Of a DNA stretch of 64,000 bases, positions 45,701 through 61,627 are shown in pieces (the stretch's first letter is position 1; every line of letters begins with the position of its first letter). The stretch is from Scenedesmus sp. PABB004 (Eukaryota): the NCBI GenBank assembly GCA_014905635.1, contig JABVCE010000014.1, positions 310,001 to 374,000 of the forward strand, written 5' to 3'. The position numbers were made by a program, and so were the translations under genes. The notes under the pieces were generated by a model, which had not been told where the DNA came from, did no database searches, and saw only the letters and a list, made by a program, of their open reading frames with translations.

Positions 45701-48700
45701 ACGACATCCACCAGGAGCTCTACCTCGGCGCCGGCTCCGCGCTCCGCCCGTTCAAGGACCCCCGCCTGCTGGTGCGCCGCCGCGCGCGACCGCCGCACCG
45801 GGGCGCCTGCCCGCGCGCGCGGCCCGCCGCCATGGGAGGGCGCCTGGCTGCGCACGCGCGCGCGCGCGGCCCATGCGATATAACAACATAACAACACGCC
45901 GCCGCGTCTGCGCCCGCGTCCCCCCGCGGCGTGCGCGCAGGACTACTGGACCTACACGACGCAAGCCGAGGTCAGCCTGCTCACCGCGACCGACACCGGC
46001 GTCAACCAGCTCGTCAACGGCACGCGCAGCCTCTGGGTGCGCCGCGCCGCGCCCCGCGCCGCCGCGCGTGGGCAGCGCCACGCGGCGTTCGCCGCCGGCG
46101 CCGCCGCCGCCGCGCTGGCCCGCGGGCCGCGAACCGCGCCGCGCCGCGCGCCGCGCGCCGCAGGAGATGGGCAACGTGTACGTCGCCAGCGGGCGCGAGC
46201 TGTCGTTCTCCGCCGACGACTGGCGCGCGGCGATGATCAACACCTCCGCCTGGCAGGCGCGTGGCGGCGCGCGGTGGCTGCATCATCCGCGACCCGGCCG
46301 CGGCCGGGGCCGGGGCCGCGCGCGGCGGCGCGGCGCGGCGCGGCGCGGCGGCGGCTCCGGCGGCCGCGCGCGGCCCCGACCCGACCGCGTGGCGCCCCCT
46401 CCGCCGCCGCCGCCCCGGCCTGCGCAGTACATCATCAACAACGGCCCCGGCCGCCTCTACTCTGGCTACGCCTGGAGGTGCGGCGGCAGCGCAGCACGTG
46501 CTTGTGCGCCACGCGCCCACGCGCCCTCGCGCCCACGCGCCCTCGCGCCCACGCGCCCCCGCCGCGCAGCCTCGATACCTTCTGCGACTACACCTGGCAG
46601 GACCTCACGCGCCTGAGCACGGTCATGATCGTGCTGCTCATCGTCGAGGTGCGGGGCGGCGGGCGGGCCCCGCACCCGGCGCCGCCGCCGCCGCGCGGCT
46701 GGCGCGGGCGCGCAGCGCAGCGCGCCGCGCTGGCCGCCCACGGCCGCCGCCCACGCACGCCGCGCCAGGCGGTGCTGGTGCTGCTGAGCTGCATGGTCTA
46801 CGAGTTCGTGCTCATCCAGCGCGCCAACGTGCAGCACCAGCGGGTGAGCTGGCCTCACCGCCTGCGCCCACACGCGTCACGCGCCTGCGCGGACGCGTCG
46901 GCGGCGCCGCTGACGCGTGCCATGCCGTGCTGCCGACGCGCCGCAGCTGTTCAGCGTCTTCCTCGCGCTCCCGAGCGCCACGGTGCGCGTCATGGCGACG
47001 CGGCAGCTGCAGGTCGACGACGAGGCGCGCGAGGAGGTGGACGACGACGACCTGGAGCTAGTCGACGCCGGCGGCGGCGGCGCGGCCACCACCAACGCCG
47101 GCGGCGCGACGACGACTGACGGCGACGGCGACGGCGGCGGCGACAAGAAGGCCAGCAAGTCGGTCCGCATGGACGTCGCGGGTGCGTGGCGGGGCGGGGC
47201 GGGGCGGGGCGGGGCGGGCGCGCCGCGCGCTGCCGCCGGGCCGCGGCGAGCGCGCCCCTGCTCACCCGCGCAACCGCTGTCGCCGCGACCTGCCGCCGCC
47301 GCGCAGCCGACGACGACGAGGACGACGAGGGCGCCGCCGCGGGCACGCCGCGCAAGCCCAATGCCGGCCGCGCGGGCGCCAAGCCGTCCAAGGCCGCCGC
47401 CGCCGCCGCGAGCAAGGCCGCGAAGAAGCCGCCGCTCACGGGCTTTGCCAAGCTGCGCAAGGCGCTGACCAAGGCGGCCTTTGGGTGGCTGGACCCCAAG
47501 TTCAAGCGCAACGGCAAGAAGCTCATGAGCTCGAGCGCCGTGGTCGCGCGCTTCATGGTGCGCTGGGGCCGGGCCCGGGCCGCCGCCGCCGCCGCTGCCG
47601 CTGCGGGTGGCTGCGAACGGCGCGCGGCCGCCGGCCGCTGCACGCGCTGGCTGCCGCCGGGGCGGCGCCCCCATGCGCGCCGCCGCCGCTCGCGCAGGTG
47701 CCGCTGCTGCTCTGGCTGCTCGCGGTCGTGGTGCGGGGCGCGCCGGCGCGCCGCGGGCCTGCTGTCTGACTGACGGCGGCTGGCGGCCGCTGCGGCCGGC
47801 TGGGCGCGGCGGCGCCGCCGCCGGCCCGGGGCGCGCCCCTGACCCGGCACGCCGCCCCGCCGGCGGTCCGCAGGTCATCTTTGCCGTGAGCAACCAGAAG
47901 CTGCAGGGCCTGCAGGGCCCGCTCGCGAGCCTCGACCTCTCCGCGCACGTGATGTACCGCCTCACGCGCGTGCGCCTCGCCGCCAACCAGCTCGCGTTCG
48001 CCACGACCGCAGCTGACAATGCAATGCACCGCGCCGAGCTCGTGTCGCGGCTCGCCAAGCTGCGCCAGGAGTACACGACGCTGCTCTACGGCGGCGAGAT
48101 GATGCTGCAGGCGAGCCACCGCGCGGGCTGCCGGGGCCGGGCGGGGGCGGCGGCCGCGCGCGCGGCGCCGGCCCGCGCGCTGACGCGCCGCCTTGCGCGC
48201 GCGGCTGCAGGCCAACGTGACCTTCGACCCTGTGGCGCCGCCGAGCGCGTTCAGCGACAGCCGCATCGCGGGTGCGCGGCCGCCGACGCCGCATGGCTCT
48301 GCCGCGCCGCGCCGTGAGCGCGGCGCGCTCCGCCGACCGGCGCGCGCCCGCCCGCCGCCGCGCCGCGCGCGCAGACGTGTTTTTCAAGACCAAGTCCTGC
48401 CTGCGCAGCGACCAGTCGACCTGCTACACGCCCGACAGCGAGTGGTACACGATCACGCACTCGGGCATCGACGCGATGGTGCGATGCGATCGCGCGGCGC
48501 AGCGGCGGCGCGCAGCCCGCGACGCGCGGCAGGGGCCGACGCCTGCGGCGCCGCCGCGTGTCGCGGCGCCGCAGATGAACCGCTTGTTCGACGAGATGAC
48601 GACCTTTGCGAACCTCCCCGACGAGCTCGCATTCGCGACGCACCCCAGGCGCGCGCGGCGGCGCGCCGCGGCTGCACGACCTGGCCGGGCCCACGCCGCG

Positions 48701-49531
48701 CGGCTGGCTGGCGCCGCGCGGCTGGCCGGCGCGCCAGCGTGCCTCAAACGCCCGCCCTCAACGCCCGCCCCGCCCGCCGCAGCTACATGTACACCGTGCG
48801 CGTGGTGGCTGCGGACCTGTACGACGCGCTGCTGGGCGCGGGGGAGCTGTTTGTGACGTGGACGATCGACCGGTGCGCCGCGCGCACAGCGCGCGCCGCC
48901 GCCGCTGCGCTTGCCGCTCCGCGCGTGCGCGCGCGCGTGCCCTGCTGCTGCCGGCCCCCGACCCCCCTCACCCCTTCGGACCCGCCCGCCCGCCCGCCCG
49001 CCCTTGTCACACAGGTTTGTGAGCGTGAAGCAGCTTCACATCATACTGCTCGTCATCAGCCTAGCCGCGATCGCGCTCTTCCTGGCGCTGCTCGTGCGGC
49101 CCTACGTCCGCCTCCTGCGCCGCGACTCGCGCGCGGTCGCGGGCATCCTCAGCCAGCTGCCGGCCGAGGTGGACGTGGAGGGGCACGTGAAGAGCATCGT
49201 GCTCGGCATCACCCGCCCGCCGCCTGCGTCCGCGGGCGACGCGTCGATGCTCGCGCTGAGCCTGCCGCGCGGCGGCACGCCGGGCGGCTGGCCGGGCGGC
49301 GGCGTGATGGTGCCGGGCGGGCTGATGGTGCCGGGCGGGCTGATGGTGCCGGGCGGCCTGCCGGGGGGCATGATGATGATGGCCCCCGGCCCGGGTGGCG
49401 GCGCCGCGCCGGGCGGCGGCTGGTTTGGCGCGCGCCGCGCGTCCGGCGCCGGCGAGCAGCAGCAGCTCGGCGGCGGCGGCTACGGCTACGGCGCGGCGCC
49501 GCACGGCGGCGCGAGAGCGGCCGCCGAATAA
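36742..49531 (+). CDS. TmcB/TmcC (tiny macrocysts)-like multi-pass membrane protein with several PAS domains (~43 exons)
   Basis: N-terminal TM block (VFATIFTL..KVVVEFLQ, LPYYEVTVNLVWSG). TPR-like region (VLERYPSNGKVLKVYGRFLEYVRNDPWTAARYY). PAS domains (DGLVIINAQGSIMMVN..GYDKGELEGKNVNVLMPQPFSSHHNSFLQRY; LDHKGRLAYA..LLPQPYCQMHGGW). Later TM and extracellular segments, and C-terminal LLRRDSRAVAGILSQLP. Stop TAA at 49531. Confidence 0.85.
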
Positions 49532-50450
49532 TGCCGCGCGCGGGATGGCCGCGCCTCGCTCTGTGTGTCATAATGATGGTGCTTCCTCTCTCGCCTCCCC
49601 TTGATCTGTCGCTCCTCCTCCCCTCACCCCTCATGCCTCTCACGCGTGACCTCGCGCGGAGGATCTGTCTGGGCCTGCATTCTTCGTCTTCTCAGGACTC
49701 TTGACCAGCCAGCAGCGTGTCGGGAGGTGATGAATGACCCCTTGCCTGCACTCATGATCGCAGCACACAGCGCAAACGTGCGCGCGCAGGTGGGATGACG
49801 GGCGGCACTGCACTGCATGCGGGCGCGCGACGGGGGACCTGCACGGGCGTGTGGGCGCGCCGGAACAATAAGCAGCCGGGGCGTGCGAGTGGGGCCGAGT
49901 GGACTGAGCTGCGCGCGTGCTCGGCCAGCGCTGGCCGTGCGCCGGCTCGCGCGCCAGTGGCGGCTCCGCCGGGCAGCTCGCGCATGTGACGCCACGAGCT
50001 TCACCAGAGCGAGCCAGCGCGCCACAGCACCAGCTCCCTGACCCGGGGCCCCGGGCGGCAGCACGCCGCCGCCGCGCTCGGCGGCGGTTGAGCGTGCCGA
50101 GCCGCGCCGCCGCGGCGCTGCCTCCCCACTCTCCCTCCGGCCTGCGCTGAGCAGACCTCGCGCCCTCCCCGCGGCCAGCCCTCGCTCACGGCCGCAGCCA
50201 CGGCCGTCGAAACCATCGCCCGCGCCTGCAGCCCCGCACAGCCGCAGCAGCGTGCCCGGCTGGCCTGCTTTAGGGCGCTCAGTGTCGTCCGGAGCGCGCC
50301 CGCGTCGCTGCCAGGCCGCGGAGTGCTCGGCAGAGGGCAAGGGCAGCACTGCTGCTGCTGCTGCTGCTGCTGGCTCCCCTGGGCCGCGTGGCGGCGGCTC
50401 GCGGGCGGCATGACGGGATCGGCGTAACGACGGCGGCCGCGCCTGGGCGC

Positions 50451-51332
50451 ATGGCGGCGCCGGGCGGCGCCGGGGCGCGCCGGCGCCGCTGCCGCGGCGC
50501 AGCCGCCGGCGCGGCCGCGGCGCTGTGGCTGGCCTGGCTGGCGGCGGGCGCGGCCGCCGCCAGCGCCGGCGCCGGGCCCTGCCCCGACCCGGGCGGCCTC
50601 TCGCGCGCGCCGCCGGGCTGCACGGCGCTGCGCAAGGTGTGCGTCGACCACAGCGCGTTCGTGCTGTACGCCAACGAGCACAACCCGCGGCACGAGCTCT
50701 TCGCCGCGCTGCCCCGCCTCGACCTCTCCAACGTGACCCTCGACTACTTCGGTTTCGGCGACGTCTGGGGCACCGAGTTTGCGCACCCGCCGCCGGCGCT
50801 GCGCCCCGCGACGGGCGGCGAGGAGACGCACGAGCTCGCGCACCCCCAGTTTTCGCGCTGCGCGCTGCCGCTGGTCGTGTACGCGAGCCACCTCTACCGC
50901 TACGGCCGCTTCTTCGCCGGCACCGTCGCGCCGCTGCACGCGATGCAGGCCGCCGGCGCGCTCGACCGGCGGTGCGCCGGGGGCCGCGGCGCGCCTGCGC
51001 GGTGGCGGCGGCGGCAGTCGCAGCGGCAGCGGGCGCAGCAGCAGCAGCAGGTCGCTGCGGCGGCGCCGCCGGCTCACCGCGCACGTCCGCGCCGCCGCCG
51101 CAGGCACAGCCTGGTGCTGGACACGTACGGCATGGCGCTGGAGCCGTTCCACCGCTTCCTGCTCGCGCCCTTCACGCCGCACAGCGTGACGACGCTCGGC
51201 CACCTCAGCGCGCGGCTGCCGCTCGCGACGCCCGAGACGTACACGCCCGACGGCCAGCACGGCCGCTGCTTCTGGTGCGGCCGCTGGGCACGCGCGGCGC
51301 GGGCCGCTGGCGGCGTCACGGCGCGTGGCGGC

Positions 51333-51373
<41 letters not shown>

Positions 51374-52237
51374 GACGGGCGGCGCCCGCGGCCGCAGGAA
51401 CCTGCTGGCGTGCCAGTTCACCGACGCAGCGAGCGCGGCGCGGCCGCGCGCGCTGGACAGCCCGCTCTGGTCCACGGGGCAGGCGGTCTTCGCACACTAC
51501 CGCGACCAGCTGCCGCCGATCGACCCGGAGTTTGCGGACACTAGCAAGCTGCGGGTGCGCGGCTGGGCGGCAGCGAGCGCGCACGCGGCCGGCGACGCGG
51601 CCGGCGCGACGCGGCGGCGGCGACGTGGCCGGCGACGCGCTGCGCCGCAGGTGCTCATCGGCGTGCTGCCGCGGCGCAGCAAACTGCGCGCCATCGTCAA
51701 CCAGGACCAGGTGGGGCGCGGCGGCGCGGCGCCGGGGGCGGGCCGGCGGGCGGGCGCAGGCGACCCGCCCGCCTCGTGCCCACCCCGCCGCCGCGGCCGT
51801 GCGCGCACCAGGTGTGGTCGTGGTGCACCAAGTTCAAGCCGCCGCAGGGCGTGGCCAACTGGAACGGCACCGCCTGCCTGCTGCACGAGTTTGGCAGGCG
51901 CGGCGGCGGCGGCAGAGCCGGGCGCGCGGCCCTGTTCCTTTTCCACGTCGCGCCCGCGCACGCGCGCCACGCCCACGCACGCCGCGCCCGCGCCGCGCAC
52001 CGCGGCAGGGACCTGCTGGAGGACCTGGCGTACGCGAGCCAGGCCGACGTGCTGCTGGGCGTGCACGGCGACGCGCTCGCGCACGCGTTTTTCATGCGCC
52101 GCGCGTCGAGCGTCATCGAGGTGCGCCCGCTCAACTTCACCGGCGCCGCGCCCAACGCGCACATGAAGGTGCGGCGGCACGGGCCCCGCGCGGCGGCGGC
52201 GCAGGGGCCGCACGGGCGCCCGCGCGCCCGCGCGCCC

Positions 52238-52271
<34 letters not shown>

Positions 52272-53016
52272 GCGTGCGCGCGCCGACGCGGCGCGCCGCC
52301 GACGCCACCCGGCGCAGGACATGGCGCGCGGCGACGGGAACAGCGTGCTGTGGTGGGGCGTCGACGTCGTCAACCCCGCGCACAGCGCGCCGGGGCTGCT
52401 CGAGCTGCAGAAGCGCGGCGAGCCGAACACCTGGTGCGCGCCGCGGCGCGCCCGCCCCGGCGCCGCCGCAGCCCGCCGCAGCCCGCCGCAGCCCGCCGCG
52501 GCGCCCGCCGCGCCCGCCGCGCCCGCCGTGGTCCCACCGCCGCCGCCGCGGCGCCGCGTCGCGTCCAGGCCGCGCGAGCGCCACACCTTTGTGCGGCTGA
52601 TGGCCCTGCAGTACCTGCTGGAGCGCGTCGCGCTCACGCGCCGCGACGCGTCGCGCTACGCGGGCTTCAGGGACAAGGGCGAGACCCACATCACCGATGG
52701 GCTGGACAAGGTCCCCGACGCCGGCGCGCGCCGCGCGCTGCTCGGCGCGCCCGCGGCGGCGGCGCGGCGGCGGGGCCAGCGGCGGCTGCAGCAGCAGCAG
52801 GCGCAAACGCAGCAGACGCGGCCGCAGCAGCCGGCGCAGCAGCGGGCGGGGCCGGAGTGGCCGCCGGGCGTGCTCGGCCGGCACGCCGCGCCGGCGGCGG
52901 AGCCGGCGCAGCTGCCGGCGGGGTGGCGCGCCCGCCTGCTGGCGGCGCTGGCGGCGCGCTGGCCGCGGCCGCCCCAGCAGCAGCGGCTGCGCCTGCGGGG
53001 CGGCGGCGGCGACTGA
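50451..53016 (+). CDS. Glycosyltransferase family 61 (DUF563)-like protein, multi-exon
   Basis: N-terminal hydrophobic anchor, CTALRKVCVD, RAIVNQDQ and DVLLGVHGDALAHAFFMRRASSVIEVRP (GT61 GxHGAxLxNxxFM..S.VIE motif). Stop at 53016. Confidence 0.8.
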
Positions 53017-53247
53017 CGCGCGCGAGGGAGAGGGGTTCATCTGTGGGGCCCCTCGAATTGGGAGCTCGCGTGCACTGCTTGCAGGCGCGCCTGACCGCTT
53101 GACCGCACACTGTTTCCGGACGCGCGGCACGCGTGGCGTGCGTGCGCGCGGGGATTTGTTGACGGGCTGTGCAAATTGACAGCCCCGCCCCCGCCGCTCT
53201 CGCTCTCTCGCTCTCGCTCTCGCTCTCGCTCTGGGTCCCGCGCTCGC

Positions 53248-56906
<3,659 letters not shown>

Positions 56907-57817
56907 CGCCGCGCCCCGCTGCCGCCGCCGTGCGCGCGCGGAGTGCGAGCACGTGTGGGTTGTGTTTGTGGGCTGCTGTGCGGCTGATGTGCGGGGGCGG
57001 GCAGGGAGCGCGGCTGCAGCGGGGGCTCGAGCGACCTCGGTGGTGGACCTCGGCGGCGTTTCAATCAGCCCGCGCCCGCCACCAAAACCATGAGCAACAG
57101 CACATGCCGCCAGCCTGCGTCACCGCCGCAGCCGGCGGACGGATCAGGAGGAGGGGGTGGGTTTTGCGAGGTGCCGGGTTGCGTGCGTGCGTTGATGCGT
57201 GCGTTGATGCGTTGGGAGGGTTGACCCACCATCACGGGTTGACCCACCCACGACGACCAAGAGCCGCGCGCGGCACATCTCTGTGCTGCTCCGTGCCGCG
57301 GCGGCAGGTGGAATTCAAGGCGAAGCAGAAGAGAGGCGAGCCGTCGCGCAGCACAGCGGGTCGACCGTTGGCGCGCCCTGAGGCCGCGCCTCGGCGGAGA
57401 GGCCGTGAGGTGCAGAGAATTGGTGGTGGAGCGGTGATGCGTGATGCGACAACAAAACGCACGCGACAACAAAATGCACGCCCGCAGCTCGGTCAGGTCG
57501 GCAGCCGGCGGCTGCTTGTTGTGCGACAGAGAGCGCCCCGAGGCAGCCAGCACCCAGCTGCGCAAATCAAATCAGGCGCGGTGCAGAGCGGGGGTTTGCG
57601 GCGGTGAGGCGAGACGAGGTGACGCGGGCGGACCAGGTGCGGGATGCCGGGCACGCGGCACGCCTGGGCGCGTGGCCGCGCTGCTGGCGACTAGGTGCTC
57701 CTAGGTGGACCCACGGGGCCAGTGCAGACAGGCATGCGAGCAACAAGCCGCGACAAGCGCAGGCGCGGGGCCGCAGGCTGCGCGCCCGCCGCGCGGCGGG
57801 CGCCCCGCGCAGCGCGG

Positions 57818-58654
57818 TCACGCGCGCAGGCGCCGCCCGCCGCCCAGGCCGGCCTCGGCCTCGGTGCGGGCGATGACCTCCGCCCACGACGTGCCCGCGG
57901 AGGCCTTGCTCGCGACGCCCTGGACGTCGCGCTCGCCGCGCGTGGCGGAGCCGATCAGGCTGCTAGTGGCAGCCCAGTGCTTTGAGTGCTCGATGCCCTC
58001 GACCGTGGTGTGCAGGTCGAAGCTCCCGCGCCCGCCGCCGGCCTGCCGCAGGCGGCGGCCGAAGAGGTCGCCGCGGAGCAGCGCCGCCGCGTCGGGCACC
58101 GCCGCCGGCGCCGCGCCGCGCCGGCCGTCGACGCGCGCGGCGATGTCCGACACGACCGCGTTTGCCGCGGCGCGGCGGGAGACGTCCTGGACCTGGAAGT
58201 CGTTGAAGCCCTTGCCCGAGGGCCCGCCGGACAGCAGTCGGCGCGCGGCTGCGGGCGGCGGCGGGGCGGCGGCGGGTCGGGCGCCGGGCTGGTCGCGAGC
58301 AGCAGCGGAGCCGGCGGCCGCCGGTGACGCCGCGCTCGGGGCGCGGCCCCGGTACTGCAGGCAGCTGCGTGGGGGCACGCTGAAGCCTGAGCCGCGGCCG
58401 CGGGGCGAGCAGCGGCCGCGCCGCGCCGCGTGCGACGCGTCCAGCTGGCTCGTCAGCGGCGCGCCCGGTGCCGCTCCGCGCCGCGCCGCTGCCCGAGGGC
58501 GCTGCGTCTGAGCTCACACTCAGCCTCACCGGACGGCCAGCCGGCCACGCTGCCTGTGCGCGGCCCGCCAGGCTGCCAGCGGCCCACGCTCACCGCTTGC
58601 GGCGCCTGCGCTCGCCAGGAGCACCGTCAGCGCCAGAAGTCGCTGGGGACGCAT
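57818..58654 (-). CDS. Secreted prepropeptide-like protein (~209 aa; exons 58654-58594, 58386-57818)
   Basis: MRPQRLLALTVLLASAGAASG|FSVPPRSCLQY...AAARRLLSGGPSGKGFNDFQVQDVS...LFGRRLRQAGGGRGSFDLHTTVEG...GLGGGRRLRA*. The GT-AG intron has a GCTGAC branch-like site and preserves the frame. Confidence 0.65.
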
Positions 58655-59151
58655 CCCACGCCGCTGGCGGAGCGGGAATTGAGAGCTGTAAGCCTGCTGG
58701 TCGTCCTCTGGAGAGCTGTGATGCGCGCGACACGCTCGCTCGGCGTTGGCTGAGAAGGCAGTTGGGAGAGCAGTGCGGTGGTCTGGGCAGCGGCGCCCGC
58801 GGGAGGAGCACGCGCTGGGCGAGCGGCGCTTCGAGAGCGCGTCATCGTCGCGTACCAACCCGTCCACGCCATGTGGCGTGCCCGCGTCGGCCGCGGCAGC
58901 ACAAGCTGGCTCTGGGACGCCTTTTCGGCCGGCGCTTGTCGGCAGGCGAGCGAAGATTTGTCCTGCTGCTGCTCGGTTCGCGCGGGTTACGCCGGCGCGT
59001 TCGCTGCGCCAGGCCCCCAGCCGCCGGCTGGAGCTGCATGTGAGTACGCCACGCGCCATGGGCGGGCCCTGCGCGCCGTCCGCCGCCGCGCCGCCGCCCG
59101 CCACCTGGCGCGGGTGGGGCGCGGCCGGCGCGGGGGCCTCCCTCACGTCCG

Positions 59152-61385
59152 TCACCGCGCCACGCCCCACGTGAACAGCGGCGCCCGCGTCAGCACGCCG
59201 GCGCTGGCGTGGCAGGCGGGGGCGTCGTCGCCCTGCGCTGCGTCCGTCCCAGCAGCGCGCGCCGCGGCGCCTCCCCCGGACACGGCGGCGCCCCGGTCGC
59301 TCGGCTCGCCCTCCTCGTCTGCGGCGGGGCGGCCGGCGTCAGCGCGCGGGCGGTGCGGCGTGGCTCTGCGCGCGGAGGCCTAGGGTGCGCGGCTCAGCGC
59401 GCCGCGGCTCAGCGCGGCGCCGCGCCGCATGCCTGCCGCGCCCACCTGCGGCCATGGCGAACAGGTTCACGGCAGCGGGCGCGCCACCGCCGCCGCCGCG
59501 GCCGCGCCGGCCCGCCCTGCCGCCGCCGCGCCGCGGGACGGCGCCCGCGCGCGCGGCAGCGAGCAGCGCGGCGGAGCCCATCCCGTTGCTGACGACGGCC
59601 GCGCCGCCGCCGGCGCCCTCTAGCTGCTGCTGAAGCTGCTCCTGCTGGTGCTGCTCCTGCGGCAGCTCCCCCTGCTCCTGCGGCCGCTCCTGCGGCTGCG
59701 TTGGCTGCCGCCACGGGCACAGGCTGTCTGCGGGCACCGCCTCGCCCGCCGCGGCGACGCTCAGGCCGTCCGCGGCGGCGGCCACCGCCAGCAGCCGGCC
59801 GGCGTAGCCGCCCGGCATCGCCAGCAGCTGCGGCTCCGCCAGCCGGCCCGTGAGCAGCGTGTCGCGGGCAAAGGCGTAGCCGCGCACGCAGCTGTCGCGG
59901 CCGACGACGTGCAGCACCAGCTCGCCCGCGCCGGCGCCGGCGGGCGGGCGCACGCCCCAGGCCACGTCGTACACGGGTCCGGCGAGCTGCGCGACCAGCA
60001 GCGGGCGGCCCAGCGCGCGCACGTCCTGCGCGACGAGCTGCCCGCCCTTGCTGACGCACAGCACGAGGCACGGCTGCCCCGGCACGAACGCCGCGCAGCT
60101 GCCCATGTCGCCGGCGTGCACCTGGCGCAGGAGCCGGCGGCGGCGGCGGCGTGGGCGCGGGCAGCCGTGGACGGGCGGCGGCGCGCGCGCGGCCGCCGGC
60201 CTGGCACGCCCCTCGCGGCACCCCGCGGGCGGCCCACCTGCACTGCCGCGACCTCGGTCAGCCCGCGCCGCGCCGCGTCCCACAGCCGCAGCACGCCGTC
60301 GGCGCACGCCGTCGCCAGCCAGCTGGCGCCCTGCGCGGCGGCGACGCTGAAGATGTAGGCCGGAACGCCGCCCTCCGCCTCCTCCCCGTCGCTGCCGTTG
60401 TCGCCCTGCTGCGCCGCCTCGTCGCCGCCGCGCCCCGCTGCTGCTGCGGCGGCGGCAGCGCCCGTGGCGCCGCCGGCGCCGGCGCTGCGTGCCGCGCCGC
60501 GCCGCGCGCGCGGCGCGCCTAGCCGGAGGCCCGCCATGCCGGCCAGCGGTGACGGCGCCGCTTCGTGCAGCAGGCGGCCGGTGGCCAGGTCCCAGAGGAA
60601 CAGCGACTCGCCGCTCACGCTCAGGAGCAGGTCGGCGCCGCCGCCGCCCTGCCCTGGCTGCTGCTGGTCTGCTGGCTGCTGCTGGTCTGCTTGCTGCTGC
60701 TGGTCTGCTTGCTGCTCTGGTCGCTGCTGCTGCTCTGGCTCCTGCTGCTCTGACTGGTCTGGCTTCTCCTCTTGCTGCTCCCCCGGGCCCTGTGCTGCCG
60801 CCGGCGCCTCTGGTGGTGCTGGCGCGTCGCCGCCGCCGCCGCTGAGAAACCTCACCCCGTAGACCTCCTCGGGGTGGCCGCCCAGCGCCGCCAGCTCGAC
60901 GCCGGCATAGGAGTGCTCTGGCTGCGTGCCGACCTGCCACAGGCGCACGGTGTGGTCCGCGCTCCCTGGCGCGCACGGCGGCGCGTGAGGAGCGCGGCGC
61001 GTGCGCACGCCGCGCAGGCTACGGAGCCGCGGCCGCCCGGGCCCCCCTGCGCGCCGCCAGCGCACCCGATGCCAGCAGGCTACCGTCCTGGCTCCAGGCC
61101 ACGCGCAGCACCTCGGCGGTGTGGCCGCGGCAGCAGCTCGTCTGGGGCAGCAGCGCGCGTGCGGCGCTCGGCGGCCGCGCGCCGCGCACGGGCGCCGCCG
61201 CGCCGGACCGCCCGTCCCACCTGCTGCCAGGGTCCCTGCTCTGCGTGTCGCGCCCACACGCGCACGGTCTCGTCCTCGGAGGCCGACGCCAGCAGGCGAG
61301 TCCCGGCCAGCGGGTGCGGGGCGAGCGCGAAGACGCGGCTGGCGTGGCCCCAGGCCGGCTCGGGAAACGCGAGAGGCGCGATCAT
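59152..61385 (-). CDS. WD40-repeat protein (multi-exon; last exon/stop uncertain: 59152 or 59339)
   Basis: GHASRVFALA..LASASEDETVRVW, GHTAEVLRVAWSQDGSLLAS|GSADHTVRLWQ, GHPEEVYGVRF, LFLWDL, LATACADGVLRLWD. Confidence 0.85.
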
Positions 61386-61627
61386 GCCGCTGGGGCAGCT
61401 GCCGGCCGGCGAGCGCCTCTGAACGGCGGCGGCGGGCGCGCTGATGTGCCGCAGCGCTGCAGCGCGGCCGACCGCGGCGGCGCGGCGTGGCGCAGCTGAG
61501 AAGCGGGTGCGCAGGGCTGGCCAGTGGTGGCGCTCAAGCGCACAGCAGTCACCGCCGCCGCGCCGGCACTCGCGGCGCGCGGGGCTCAGCGCTGACCTGC
61601 GCCCCGGCCGCTCAGCAGCGGCGCGGC

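Noticed and set aside
57180..57250. Tandem duplications GCGTGCGTTGAT x2 and GGGTTGACCCACC x2 upstream of the CRTISO-like gene
   Set aside because: They could be promoter elements, but nothing in the sequence distinguishes them from local duplications.
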